A DNA stretch of 64,000 nt. Source: a virus. Taxonomy: Duplodnaviria > Heunggongvirae > Uroviricota > Caudoviricetes. The notes beneath the pieces are model-generated. The model had not been told where the DNA came from. It was given only the letters and a program-made list of their open reading frames with translations, and made no database searches. Below are positions 9,807-19,058 of this stretch, in pieces; position 1 is the stretch's first letter; the number at the start of each line of letters is the position of its first letter. The stretch is taken from the IMG/VR virus record IMGVR_UViG_3300014204_000107, positions 43,468 to 107,467 of that record; one strand, given 5' to 3'. The position numbers and the translations under genes are program-made.

Positions 9807-10193
9807 ATGATATACGCTGCAATTGATTTTGATGGGACTTGCGTGATGCACGAATACCCTAGACTGGGCGCAGACGTTCCTGATGCAGTTAGAGTATTAA
9901 AGCGCATGGTAGATGCTGGGAGCGAACTTATTTTAAATACTATGCGTTCTGGCGATGAGTTACAAGTAGCGGTGCATTGGTTTGATGAAAGGGGTATTCC
10001 ATTATACGGCACACAAAAGAATCCAACACAAAAGCATTGGACATCCAGCCCCAAATGTTATGCAAATTTATATATTGACGATGCTGGAATCAATTGCCCC
10101 CTTATACATGGTAAACATGCTCGTGCGTATGCGGATTGGAATAAAATTGAACAGATATTAATTGAAAATAACATATTAAATGGAGTTAGCTGA
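9807..10193 (+). CDS. HAD-like hydrolase (AIDFDGT motif I)
   Basis: DxDGT motif; start placed at internal Met. Confidence 0.45.
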   Translation: MIYAAIDFDGTCVMHEYPRLGADVPDAVRVLKRMVDAGSELILNTMRSGDELQVAVHWFDERGIPLYGTQKNPTQKHWTSSPKCYANLYIDDAGINCPLIHGKHARAYADWNKIEQILIENNILNGVS

Positions 10194-10458
10194 TGGTATA
10201 TATACTGAGTTGTGCACACTTAATCAAATGGCAGAGACAGAAAAGGCAATTTTAGTTGATGTTACAGAAGTACTTATAGCTGTGTTTGCAGAAAATACAT
10301 GCTCTTATGTTAAAGAATATTATATGTGGGCCACACACCAAGATTGGATTCCAAAATCATTAATACTTGATGCGATAGAAGACTATTTTGGGGGTAAGGT
10401 TTATTTTATGCCACAATGGTTTGGCGAACTTTTAATTAAAAAATATAAAGAACAATGA
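10180..10458 (+). CDS. small protein of the TEKA…W[IF]PKS family
   Basis: Shares TEKAIL…WIPKS motif with 36653, 36952, 39424, 40348, 41017, 41510. Confidence 0.4.
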   Translation: MELADGIYTELCTLNQMAETEKAILVDVTEVLIAVFAENTCSYVKEYYMWATHQDWIPKSLILDAIEDYFGGKVYFMPQWFGELLIKKYKEQ

Positions 10459-10724
10459 GTGAATTAATAGGGCAAAGAGTAATGTTTATGGATAGCATGT
10501 TTCGTCAACGATATGGCTCTATTAAAGAGAGTGTTATTGCAGTTGAAAGATATAAAGAAGAAACGTGGTCTCCGCAAGGGATTCTTGCAAAAGTATTAAA
10601 GTGCATGCCAACTACACACTACTTGGTTATGGCGGATGGTGAAGTTAATAAAGTAGAATTAGTGCCTGTCAGCGCAATTAAATATATTGGATTAGATTTA
10701 AACCAGCAAATAAAGGATATATAA
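10455..10724 (+). CDS. hypothetical protein
   Basis: ORF. Confidence 0.4.
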   Translation: MSELIGQRVMFMDSMFRQRYGSIKESVIAVERYKEETWSPQGILAKVLKCMPTTHYLVMADGEVNKVELVPVSAIKYIGLDLNQQIKDI

Positions 10725-11023
10725 TGGTGAAAGCAAATTTTGAATGGTCATTAGTGAAATTAGACCCATTGGGTATATATTTGAAGATTATAGACCTATA
10801 CAGTCCCAGCAATCCAACTATGTCTGTCACCAACGATATTGAAAATGTATTAATATATATAAAAGAGCAGGAAGGATTTTTGCCTGATCATATTATGTAT
10901 ATGGATACTGATGGCGTTTGGGATGGTGTTACAGTAAATGAGCTTAATGAACTTATATCATTTATTCCATTGTCGGTTAAAGATGAAAAAATTGCAGTAA
11001 AGTTATTATTCAAAAAAATATAA
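10724..11023 (+). CDS. hypothetical protein
   Basis: ORF. Confidence 0.4.
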   Translation: MVKANFEWSLVKLDPLGIYLKIIDLYSPSNPTMSVTNDIENVLIYIKEQEGFLPDHIMYMDTDGVWDGVTVNELNELISFIPLSVKDEKIAVKLLFKKI

Positions 11024-11025
11024 TT

Positions 11026-11433
11026 ATGTCACGACCAAAAGGTTCTAAAAACAAAAAAACTAAAGGTGTTGCGGTAAATAAGGTGAAAACATCCAAATTA
11101 CCTAATGTTAGCAAAGTAAAAGCACAAAAGGTAAAAGAATCTATATCAGGCCAACCACTAATGCTTGTATATTATTATCATCCAAATACATTAGTGATGC
11201 ATGGCAATCAATGGATAGATTCCATAATGGAAGAAGCCGATAGAGTCAAAAAACTCAATTTAGATAAATACGCCACAGGATTGGTGCAGTTTTTTGTACC
11301 AAATAGTGATATATCTCTTGAAACATTAAAGATTGAGTGCATTAACCCAGTGCAAGCAGATAATAAAACATATGATGATATAATAAAAATGCTTACTGAG
11401 TTGCAAAAACAAAATGATAAACTTTTAAAATGA
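11026..11433 (+). CDS. hypothetical protein with basic K-rich N-terminus
   Basis: ORF. Confidence 0.4.
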   Translation: MSRPKGSKNKKTKGVAVNKVKTSKLPNVSKVKAQKVKESISGQPLMLVYYYHPNTLVMHGNQWIDSIMEEADRVKKLNLDKYATGLVQFFVPNSDISLETLKIECINPVQADNKTYDDIIKMLTELQKQNDKLLK

Positions 11434-11622
11434 TTGAGTATGAGTTCAAGCAAACAACGTAATAGCATAGGATTAGGAACAATCTTATTTATTGTATTCT
11501 TAGTCTTAAAATTAACGCACGTAATTGATTGGTCATGGTGGTGGGTAACTGCCCCGTTATGGATTCCGATTGGAATAATGTTATTAATTATTGCATTAGT
11601 ATTAATATTTTTAAAACATTAA
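11434..11622 (+). CDS. small membrane protein
   Basis: ORF, two hydrophobic helices. Confidence 0.35.
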   Translation: MSMSSSKQRNSIGLGTILFIVFLVLKLTHVIDWSWWWVTAPLWIPIGIMLLIIALVLIFLKH

Positions 11623-11633
11623 GGAGAAATAAA

Positions 11634-12476
11634 ATGATAGAATTTCAAAGAGATAAAGATAGTTTGCTTGAATATCAATTTATTAAGAAATTAGATTTAA
11701 ACAAACCGCAATTAATAGTGGATTTACACTGCGTCTTGCAAGGTGAAGGCAAATTTATGGGCGTACCCCATATACTTATCAGATTTTCTGGTTGTAATAT
11801 GAACTGCATGTTTTCAGATTGGCTATGTGACACCAGTTATGCTTCGTGGCACGCAGAAGGTACAAAATATTCTATAAATGATGTAATAGAATTGCTATAT
11901 GCAAACCCGCATATTGATCACATAATGATTACTGGCGGAGAGCCTTTTCTTAATAAATCATTATTGCACACTATCACGCATTTAATAAAGACAATTGATA
12001 CACGGTATTGGATAACAGTTGAAACCAATGGTACCATGGGTTATTTTGATAGCAAAAACGAAGAGAATTTGCCAATCATAGACTTTATATCAATGTCACC
12101 AAAGCTGAAAAATTCAGTTCCTATTCCAGGTACTACTGCAATTGATCCATACGTCAGCAGAACAATTACCGAGCAAGACAAAATAAGGCACGAAGAATGG
12201 CGAACAAACTATAAAAACATGAATGAGATACTTGACCATTGTGCTGACTTTCAATTAAAGTTCGTTGTTACTACTGAAGACCAAATTGAAGAAATAGAAA
12301 CAGTGCGCCAAGCACTTGGTGTAGATATGGAAGATACTTATTTAATGCCAGAAGGAGTTACTGCTAACCAACTTGCTAAGAGAAGGCAATGGGTAATGGA
12401 AAAATGTATTGAAAAAGGTTATAAGTATAGTGACAGATTACATATTGTTTGCTACGGAAATGCTAGAACTGCTTAA
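11634..12476 (+). CDS. queE: QueE-like radical-SAM enzyme (7-carboxy-7-deazaguanine synthase family) with atypical Cx3Cx6C cluster motif followed by CDTSYASW and ITGGEPF
   Basis: GCNMNCMFSDWLCDT and ITGGEPFLN motifs; GGAG-like RBS upstream of the internal Met chosen as start. Confidence 0.5.
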   Translation: MIEFQRDKDSLLEYQFIKKLDLNKPQLIVDLHCVLQGEGKFMGVPHILIRFSGCNMNCMFSDWLCDTSYASWHAEGTKYSINDVIELLYANPHIDHIMITGGEPFLNKSLLHTITHLIKTIDTRYWITVETNGTMGYFDSKNEENLPIIDFISMSPKLKNSVPIPGTTAIDPYVSRTITEQDKIRHEEWRTNYKNMNEILDHCADFQLKFVVTTEDQIEEIETVRQALGVDMEDTYLMPEGVTANQLAKRRQWVMEKCIEKGYKYSDRLHIVCYGNARTA

Positions 12477-12488
12477 TACGCGTAAACA

Positions 12489-13298
12489 ATGGAAGTCTTT
12501 ATACCAGAATTAAAAAAACAATACACTATTGCTAGAGATTGGCATATATTATTATATCCATTTAATGGAATGCCACAATGGGTGTATGGGCAAAGCAAGT
12601 ATGATTACATTCAATTAGATGAAGAACATCCTATTTATACAACTACTCTTTATGCTGAAAGTAAAGCAAACTTACAAGTTATAACCGATGTAAAATGCAT
12701 AAAATTTATTGATAATAAATCATTTTGGCAACAAGATAGCCATAAAGTATATGATTATTTTTTAGTGACAGATAAAGACTTTGCTTTTGTTGAACATCTT
12801 ATTAATAGCCCCTTTGATTTAATGGGGTTGGACAACGATGATAATATATATCTTATTGTCTCTGACCCCATTCATAGAGTAAATGTTGAATTTAAATTAT
12901 TTTGTGCAGAGGAATTCAAAAGAAATTATGATTGGTACCCTAATAAAGCTGAAAGAAACTATTGGAATTCGATAAAAACAATATCTAGATTTGCACATTC
13001 AGTAGATGAACGATTTAAAGTGTATGAAGATTGCAAGCTTGAAATAATTGACTATTATAACAAAGTATTAGCCAGCGCAATTAAGCTTAATCCGTTATTT
13101 GATCCAGCAGTTAAGAATTATAGGTACTATGTGCCAATTAATTATACAATTAAATCCGGCAACTCAATTAAGATTAAAAAACTTGGTGTAAAACCAACAG
13201 GCAGAAGTAAATCAAAAGTACAATATGCTGAAATTGAAATCGGTGAATTTTCGCTAATTGTATTAATGTCCGATATTAATAATTTAATTTTAGTATAA
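12489..13298 (+). CDS. hypothetical protein
   Basis: ORF. Confidence 0.45.
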   Translation: MEVFIPELKKQYTIARDWHILLYPFNGMPQWVYGQSKYDYIQLDEEHPIYTTTLYAESKANLQVITDVKCIKFIDNKSFWQQDSHKVYDYFLVTDKDFAFVEHLINSPFDLMGLDNDDNIYLIVSDPIHRVNVEFKLFCAEEFKRNYDWYPNKAERNYWNSIKTISRFAHSVDERFKVYEDCKLEIIDYYNKVLASAIKLNPLFDPAVKNYRYYVPINYTIKSGNSIKIKKLGVKPTGRSKSKVQYAEIEIGEFSLIVLMSDINNLILV

Positions 13299-13299
13299 T

Positions 13300-13482
13300 A
13301 TGGTAGCAGTAATTAAAGAAGAAATATATGAATTAGGGGAAGATGAACAGGTAGAACCTGCAGTCTATCTTGCTAAACAAATAAATAATAACGGTTGGGA
13401 AGCTATGCATGTTAGTGAAGTTAGATATAATATTATCAATGGCAAGCGCAATGTAACAATAAGATATATATCAAAAGATTAG
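13300..13482 (+). CDS. small hypothetical protein
   Basis: ORF. Confidence 0.35.
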   Translation: MVAVIKEEIYELGEDEQVEPAVYLAKQINNNGWEAMHVSEVRYNIINGKRNVTIRYISKD

Positions 13483-13483
13483 T

Positions 13484-13729
13484 ATGAAGACCGCAAAAAC
13501 TATATTATCTTGCATTAAAGATTCTGATGGTTGGATGTCTCTTGCACATGAATTAAAGTTCGAACAATTCAAATCATGCAACCCTGAATTAAGTGAAGAA
13601 GATGTATCAGAGAAATTTTATACTGAAGTTGTGTGTAAGATGTTTGAATATGGGGAATATGCAAATATAGAGCTTGAGATAGATGAAAACTTTAATATTG
13701 TTGGCGGCCGCATTATGCCTAATGAATAA
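13484..13729 (+). CDS. small hypothetical protein
   Basis: ORF. Confidence 0.35.
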   Translation: MKTAKTILSCIKDSDGWMSLAHELKFEQFKSCNPELSEEDVSEKFYTEVVCKMFEYGEYANIELEIDENFNIVGGRIMPNE

Positions 13730-13730
13730 T

Positions 13731-13895
13731 ATGAAAAAAAGAATATTTAATTTTAAACATAAATTCAAGCAAATCAAGCTTGATCCTAATAATCCAGAAG
13801 TTAAAAGACTTATAGACCGCACTATTAAGGAGCAAGAAAAAACAATGTTATTAAAATATCCAGACAAAGAAACGCTTGAAATGGTTATAAATTAA
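13731..13895 (+). CDS. small hypothetical protein
   Basis: ORF, start at internal Met after upstream stop. Confidence 0.3.
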   Translation: MKKRIFNFKHKFKQIKLDPNNPEVKRLIDRTIKEQEKTMLLKYPDKETLEMVIN

Positions 13896-13901
13896 AGTAA
13901 T

Positions 13902-14171
13902 ATGACAGCAGAAGACATTATTAAAAAAGTTGATGAAATCGAACAGACCGATTTTGTGACACCAACTTTCGGAAGACATTGGCCGGATCACGTAAAGAAA
14001 CATAATGACATTGATGCGATAATTCATATCGCCCACAAACAAGGCAGAAGAGCCATATTACTCGAAAGAGCAATTGGTGATTTGGTTGCTGAGATCGAAC
14101 GGTTGAATCATAGAATAAAAGGACTTGAAGGAAGTATTGCCGGAATTTATAATAACACAAGATCATTATGA
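13902..14171 (+). CDS. small hypothetical protein
   Basis: ORF. Confidence 0.35.
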   Translation: MTAEDIIKKVDEIEQTDFVTPTFGRHWPDHVKKHNDIDAIIHIAHKQGRRAILLERAIGDLVAEIERLNHRIKGLEGSIAGIYNNTRSL

Positions 14172-14392
14172 CGGCAGAAGAATATTATAGAGCAATAATG
14201 CTTGAAGATATTAAAAATCTCAAGAAAAGAAGCAAGCTCACACATAGGCAAGTCATTCATATTATGCTGTTGTACAATGATATGAAGAAAAATGAATATC
14301 TCGAAGAAATAAATGCATTGAAAGCTGAAATTGAGAATTTAAAGTTAAATATAGATAATGAATATGCAGTAATTACTACCAATATATTATAA
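14168..14392 (+). CDS. small coiled-coil protein
   Basis: ORF. Confidence 0.35.
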   Translation: MTAEEYYRAIMLEDIKNLKKRSKLTHRQVIHIMLLYNDMKKNEYLEEINALKAEIENLKLNIDNEYAVITTNIL

Positions 14393-14680
14393 ATGACAGA
14401 ATACGAAATAATTAGAAAGAATATACCTAACGGAATAGTGAATATAAAGGCTATTGGAAAAGGAAATGGAAAACCACAAAAGCAAGCAGAGGATGATATA
14501 ATAGCTAAATGTATGAGGGATTTTGCTAACCAGGAAACTGATGAATTAGTTAAAAAAATTGAAGCATTACAGCGATTTAAATATAATTTATCTGAAGAGG
14601 TTGCTACTTTAAGGCAACGATTAATGGATGCAGGACTTGAAAAACCAGCAATAATAACAGATTTCAGTCATACTGCATAG
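14393..14680 (+). CDS. small hypothetical protein
   Basis: ORF. Confidence 0.35.
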   Translation: MTEYEIIRKNIPNGIVNIKAIGKGNGKPQKQAEDDIIAKCMRDFANQETDELVKKIEALQRFKYNLSEEVATLRQRLMDAGLEKPAIITDFSHTA

Positions 14681-14739
14681 TAAAAAATGAAAATATAGTT
14701 GATTAGTTTAACCGCCCATCCGGGCAAAAAACACAAAAC

Positions 14740-15198
14740 ATGAAAACATTACAAATAAACGAACAGGATGCAAGACGATTGTATCCTACTTCTTCTCCTG
14801 AAATGAAGGAAATATTTGAACAGACATTCGGTAAAGACTTTTTAATTGAAAAAATTATTGATCGGATTAAAACATTCGAGGATGCCTGTGATGCATTGAA
14901 CTATGATCCGAAACTTTTCATTTTTACCACAGACGAACCGGACGTAGTTGCCTATAAAAAGCTTAAAGTCATTGTAAAAGCCCTCAACGAGGGATGGACC
15001 CCGGACTGGAATGATGGAGATCAGAAGAAATGGTGGCCATACTTCCTAATGTCTTCCAGGTTCGGCTTTTCGCGTTCGGCTTACGGCTGTACGTATTCGT
15101 ACTCGGGTGTCGGCTCTCGCCTATGCTTCCGCACAGAAGAACTTTCAAACTATGCTGCTCTGCAATTCAGTGAAGTCTACAAGGACTTCTTAACATAA
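14740..15198 (+). CDS. hypothetical protein (GC-rich island)
   Basis: ORF; composition shift. Confidence 0.4.
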   Translation: MKTLQINEQDARRLYPTSSPEMKEIFEQTFGKDFLIEKIIDRIKTFEDACDALNYDPKLFIFTTDEPDVVAYKKLKVIVKALNEGWTPDWNDGDQKKWWPYFLMSSRFGFSRSAYGCTYSYSGVGSRLCFRTEELSNYAALQFSEVYKDFLT

Positions 15199-15211
15199 AA
15201 AAACAAACGAT

Positions 15212-15685
15212 ATGAATGATTTTGATGATAAACTAACCAACATTTTACAAGAATTATTTCTTGAACATTTGTATGTGCAAAATGCAGCAAATCTAATCAA
15301 GGATTTAATTCCCGAAACCGCCGCCCTGCAAGCGCAGGTAGAGGAACTGACGAAAGAACGGGACGGATTAAAACTCAAATTACAATGTCCAGCGGCTGAT
15401 TTGGAAAACGCCAGAGAACAGAATCAAAGGATGAGAATATGGTTTGCAGACAGAACCGGACTTGAAAGCACAATGCTATCCGACCACATGAAGGTTATTG
15501 ACGAAATGTTGAATGACAATACCGCACCCGAACCCTCTCTCCTGGAGATTGCAAAAGATATTTTTATAAAACTATATGAGGTTTTGCAGGATGAAAAGGT
15601 TGAGGTCGGAAGCACAATGAAAATTTCAATTAAATATGCCAAAGACTTCATTCAGTACGTCCGGGACGCAGAAAAACAATCTTAA
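15212..15685 (+). CDS. hypothetical coiled-coil protein (GC-rich island)
   Basis: ORF. Confidence 0.4.
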   Translation: MNDFDDKLTNILQELFLEHLYVQNAANLIKDLIPETAALQAQVEELTKERDGLKLKLQCPAADLENAREQNQRMRIWFADRTGLESTMLSDHMKVIDEMLNDNTAPEPSLLEIAKDIFIKLYEVLQDEKVEVGSTMKISIKYAKDFIQYVRDAEKQS

Positions 15686-15697
15686 AAACATAGAACC

Positions 15698-16201
15698 ATG
15701 AAAACATACACCAAAGAAGAATTAGATGAAATTTTAAAAAACCATTCTCTGTGGTTGGTTGATAGTACCACAGGAGAAAGAGCCAACCTCAGTTCTGCCA
15801 ACCTCCGTTCTGCCGACCTCAGTTATGCCGACCTCCGTTCTGCCAACCTCCGTTCTGCCGACCTCAGTTATGCCGACCTCCGTTCTGCCAACCTCCGTTA
15901 TGCCGACCTCAGTTATGCCAACCTCAGTTATGCCAACCTCCGTTCTGCCAACCTCAGTTATGCCGACCTCGACTTTTCGTGTTGGTCGCTGTCGTGTGAT
16001 TCCCTAAACGTAAATGTTGATGAAAAGCTGTTCTATCAATTGCTTTTTCATACCCTTTCGCTCAAAGGACTTTCCCAAAGCGAAGACTTCCGCAAGGTTT
16101 ACAAGACTTGTAAGGACATTGCCAACAAGTTTCATCGTACAGAAATAGCAAGATTGGAAGATTTGCCCGACCAGGCAGAAGCCGAAAGGGGGCAGAAATG
16201 A
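15698..16201 (+). CDS. pentapeptide-repeat protein (A[DN]L[SR]xA[DN]L tandem repeats) with C-terminal non-repeat domain
   Basis: About 19 consecutive pentapeptide repeats; N-terminus EL.EILKNHSLWL shared with 38275. Confidence 0.65.
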   Translation: MKTYTKEELDEILKNHSLWLVDSTTGERANLSSANLRSADLSYADLRSANLRSADLSYADLRSANLRYADLSYANLSYANLRSANLSYADLDFSCWSLSCDSLNVNVDEKLFYQLLFHTLSLKGLSQSEDFRKVYKTCKDIANKFHRTEIARLEDLPDQAEAERGQK

Positions 16202-16413
16202 ACGATTCGGATAAGAAATACTATGAGAACAGGGAGAGGGAAAGACAATCTCATATGCGTGCAATATCAAAGGCAAAGAACAGGGGCGAGGCATCTGTTA
16301 AGTGGCACGAAACAAATAAATTAACACCGGAAACATTAAGCGATTTCAAAAAAGCAATGAAACAGGCAGACAAAGAATGGGAACAGGCAATCAAAGAAGG
16401 GAGGCAGAAATGA
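16198..16413 (+). CDS. small basic hypothetical protein
   Basis: ORF. Confidence 0.35.
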   Translation: MNDSDKKYYENRERERQSHMRAISKAKNRGEASVKWHETNKLTPETLSDFKKAMKQADKEWEQAIKEGRQK

Positions 16414-16871
16414 AAGCCAAACAAATATTAGATGAGGTTGCTATAAGTCACGGGTGGGCGAATTGGTCCAGCCTGATTAAAATGGAGAGTATGCCTAATA
16501 TTCTTAATAGTACAATACAGGCAATGACATTATTTTCCACCCAGCAGAACGCCGAACTGGTGGACAAAAATCAAGACCTTAATATGGAACTATCCGGAGC
16601 GTATGCGGCAATGGATGCGAACAATAAAATCACGGAATCTTTACGGGCCGAGGTCGAAAGGCTGAATCGTTTCAACCAAGTTCAACAGGACGAACTTGTA
16701 CAAAGAATTGCGTTTTATAAAGCCGAACTCGAACGGCTGAAGGCGGAAAGGAAAAAAGAACTTATTGATGCAGTAATCAGTCAACAGACCTCGGATATGC
16801 GTACGGCAATAAAATATGCAAATAAATGGTATGAACATACCTACCCCGAAGGAAAGGAGAAAAAAGGATGA
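16410..16871 (+). CDS. coiled-coil protein (EVERLNRFNQVQ...ELERLKAERKKEL)
   Basis: ORF; paralogous segment in 17074-17325. Confidence 0.4.
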   Translation: MKAKQILDEVAISHGWANWSSLIKMESMPNILNSTIQAMTLFSTQQNAELVDKNQDLNMELSGAYAAMDANNKITESLRAEVERLNRFNQVQQDELVQRIAFYKAELERLKAERKKELIDAVISQQTSDMRTAIKYANKWYEHTYPEGKEKKG

Positions 16872-17077
16872 AAATGAAATCAAAAACAGTACATGTTGCA
16901 GTTCTTGATAAAACAAAGTGTAAAGGGTCGGACGGTTGCGGAAATACAACAGAGAACGAAGTTGCTACTGAAATATTAGGCTGGTATAATGGCATTGGTG
17001 GTGGATTACATCACAAAATGATAGAAGCCAAAATTACGGTAACTGTTGAATTTCTTGAAGGAAAGGAGGATAAATGA
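16868..17077 (+). CDS. small hypothetical protein
   Basis: ORF. Confidence 0.3.
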   Translation: MKMKSKTVHVAVLDKTKCKGSDGCGNTTENEVATEILGWYNGIGGGLHHKMIEAKITVTVEFLEGKEDK

Positions 17078-17325
17078 CAAAACTTGATTGTCTATATATC
17101 GAAGTGGATAGGTCTGTTGCTGGCGGTGCAAACGAAAAAGTAATGGCGGCAATTGATGAATTCACCACCGAGGTCGAAAGGCTGAACCGCTTCAATGAAG
17201 TACAGAAACGTGAACTCATTGAAAGGATTAGTAATTACAAGTCCGAGGTCGAAAGGCTGAAGGCGGAAATGAAAGAACAACTTAAAAAGGCTTATGATGT
17301 TGGTTATGAAAGGGAGTTGATTTAA
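17074..17325 (+). CDS. small coiled-coil protein, paralogue of 16410-16871 C-terminus
   Basis: Shared EVERLNRFNEVQ...EVERLKAEMKEQL. Confidence 0.35.
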   Translation: MTKLDCLYIEVDRSVAGGANEKVMAAIDEFTTEVERLNRFNEVQKRELIERISNYKSEVERLKAEMKEQLKKAYDVGYERELI

Positions 17326-17398
17326 GTTCTTTAAAGACGTTTGAAAATTCAGATGAATTTAAGGCTCGAAAAATTGAAATATTAAATTCTAAAAAATA

Positions 17399-17776
17399 TT
17401 GGTAATGGAAAAAGAACATATTTGCAGAAGTTGCAGACAGGATACTAATATAGAATGCCCGTATTATAAAAAAGATTATGCTTGCTGGGAAGACACCCCG
17501 CTTAAAACTAAGTTTATTATGCTAAATTTAGCAGCAATACACAAATTAATGGCAGATAATGGGTTTAATTATTTTACGGGTGGTAGCAATTATAATAGCA
17601 TTCATGTAGATTTCTCTACTAACCACAATGGTAGAGGAATAGCAATAGAAGTAACAGACTATGGTAATGGATTTATTTGGGCTAGATGGGGATTTGATTT
17701 GCCAATGATAAATAGTAAAGCAATATATGCGGAAGAAGAATTATTAAAAATCATTAATAGCGCTAAATCTTTATGA
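17399..17776 (+). CDS. hypothetical protein with N-terminal Cys4 cluster
   Basis: ORF. Confidence 0.4.
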   Translation: MVMEKEHICRSCRQDTNIECPYYKKDYACWEDTPLKTKFIMLNLAAIHKLMADNGFNYFTGGSNYNSIHVDFSTNHNGRGIAIEVTDYGNGFIWARWGFDLPMINSKAIYAEEELLKIINSAKSL

Positions 17777-18180
17777 CACAAGAAAAAGAAGAATATTTAG
17801 TTAGCAAATATCCTAAAATATTTAGAGATATCAATGAAGATATGACTGTTACCGCAATGTGCTGGGGCGTGGAGTGCAGAGATGGCTGGCTCTGGATATT
17901 AGATCAACTATGCGATTGCATACAAGGATATATAGATGCTAACCCGCATCTTGAAATACCGCAAGTAATAGCAACTCAAGTCAAAGAAAAATATGGTGAT
18001 TTGCGTTTCTATTATAATGGTGGTGATAGTACAATACATGGTATGGTTTGGCTTGCTGAACATATGTCGTGGAATACTTGTGAAGACTGCGGCAGTACTG
18101 AAGATATAGAACATACTGAGGGTTGGGTGCATACTTGGTGTAAGAAATGCGCTAATAAAGCTAAAAATAAAACAGAATAA
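17773..18180 (+). CDS. hypothetical protein with Cys-rich C-terminus
   Basis: ORF. Confidence 0.4.
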   Translation: MTQEKEEYLVSKYPKIFRDINEDMTVTAMCWGVECRDGWLWILDQLCDCIQGYIDANPHLEIPQVIATQVKEKYGDLRFYYNGGDSTIHGMVWLAEHMSWNTCEDCGSTEDIEHTEGWVHTWCKKCANKAKNKTE

Positions 18181-18182
18181 TT

Positions 18183-18956
18183 ATGCTGGGAGCAATTTGC
18201 GGAGATATTATAGGTTCCAGATTTGAATGGAACCGCATTAAGACAACGGAGTTTGATTTATTTGCACCCGAATGCAAATTTACAGATGATACAGTATTAA
18301 CAGTAGCAGTTGCTGATAGCATAATGAGCAAGTTTGCCCCGGAAGATGTGTATAGGTATTGGTGCTTGACTAATTTAAACCGCGGCTATGGTGGTATGTT
18401 TAAGCATTGGATATATGGTATGATTGCAAAACCATATAATTCATTTGGTAATGGTAGTGCAATGCGCACATCTGCTGTTGGATGGTTTTATAATGATATT
18501 GATACTGTTATGGAACGCGCAGAGTATTTTGCTGCAATCACACATAACCACCCAGAAGGCATTAAAGGTGCACAAGCCGTATCAGTTGCTATATTTAAAG
18601 CAAGAACTGGTAGCACAAAGGATGAAATCAAGCAATACATAGAAGAACTATTTAACTATGATTTATCCAGAACAGTTGATAGTATAAGGTCCGATTATAA
18701 GTTTGATGAAACATGCCAAGGTTCGGTACCTGAATCTATAATTTGCTTTCTTGAAAGTACTGATTATGAAAGTGCGGTTAGGCTTGCCATTTCATTAGGT
18801 GGTGATGCAGATACTCAAGCAGCAATTGCTGGTAGTATTGCTGAAGCATTTTATGGCGGTGTGCCAAGGGATATAATTGCCAATGCTGCTGAATACCTAA
18901 CAGATGACATGAAGTACTTGATCAAAGAGTTTTATAAAACAATAAAAGAGAATTAA
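18183..18956 (+). CDS. ADP-ribosylglycohydrolase family protein (DraG/ARH3-like)
   Basis: N-terminal GAICGDIIGSRFE, TDDT, and C-terminal GGDADTQAAIAGSIAEAFYG motifs. Confidence 0.7.
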   Translation: MLGAICGDIIGSRFEWNRIKTTEFDLFAPECKFTDDTVLTVAVADSIMSKFAPEDVYRYWCLTNLNRGYGGMFKHWIYGMIAKPYNSFGNGSAMRTSAVGWFYNDIDTVMERAEYFAAITHNHPEGIKGAQAVSVAIFKARTGSTKDEIKQYIEELFNYDLSRTVDSIRSDYKFDETCQGSVPESIICFLESTDYESAVRLAISLGGDADTQAAIAGSIAEAFYGGVPRDIIANAAEYLTDDMKYLIKEFYKTIKEN

Positions 18957-19058
18957 TGCTAATAATGCCATATTTATTTGTAGTAAAAAAATAGATTTGG
19001 AAAATACGCAAATAATTTGTATATTTAATAAAAATTAATAAAAATTAATACTAATATT

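Noticed and set aside
15759-16007. 82-aa + strand ORF PTSVLPTSV…
   Set aside because: Alternative frame of the 15-bp repeat inside the pentapeptide-repeat gene 15698-16201.
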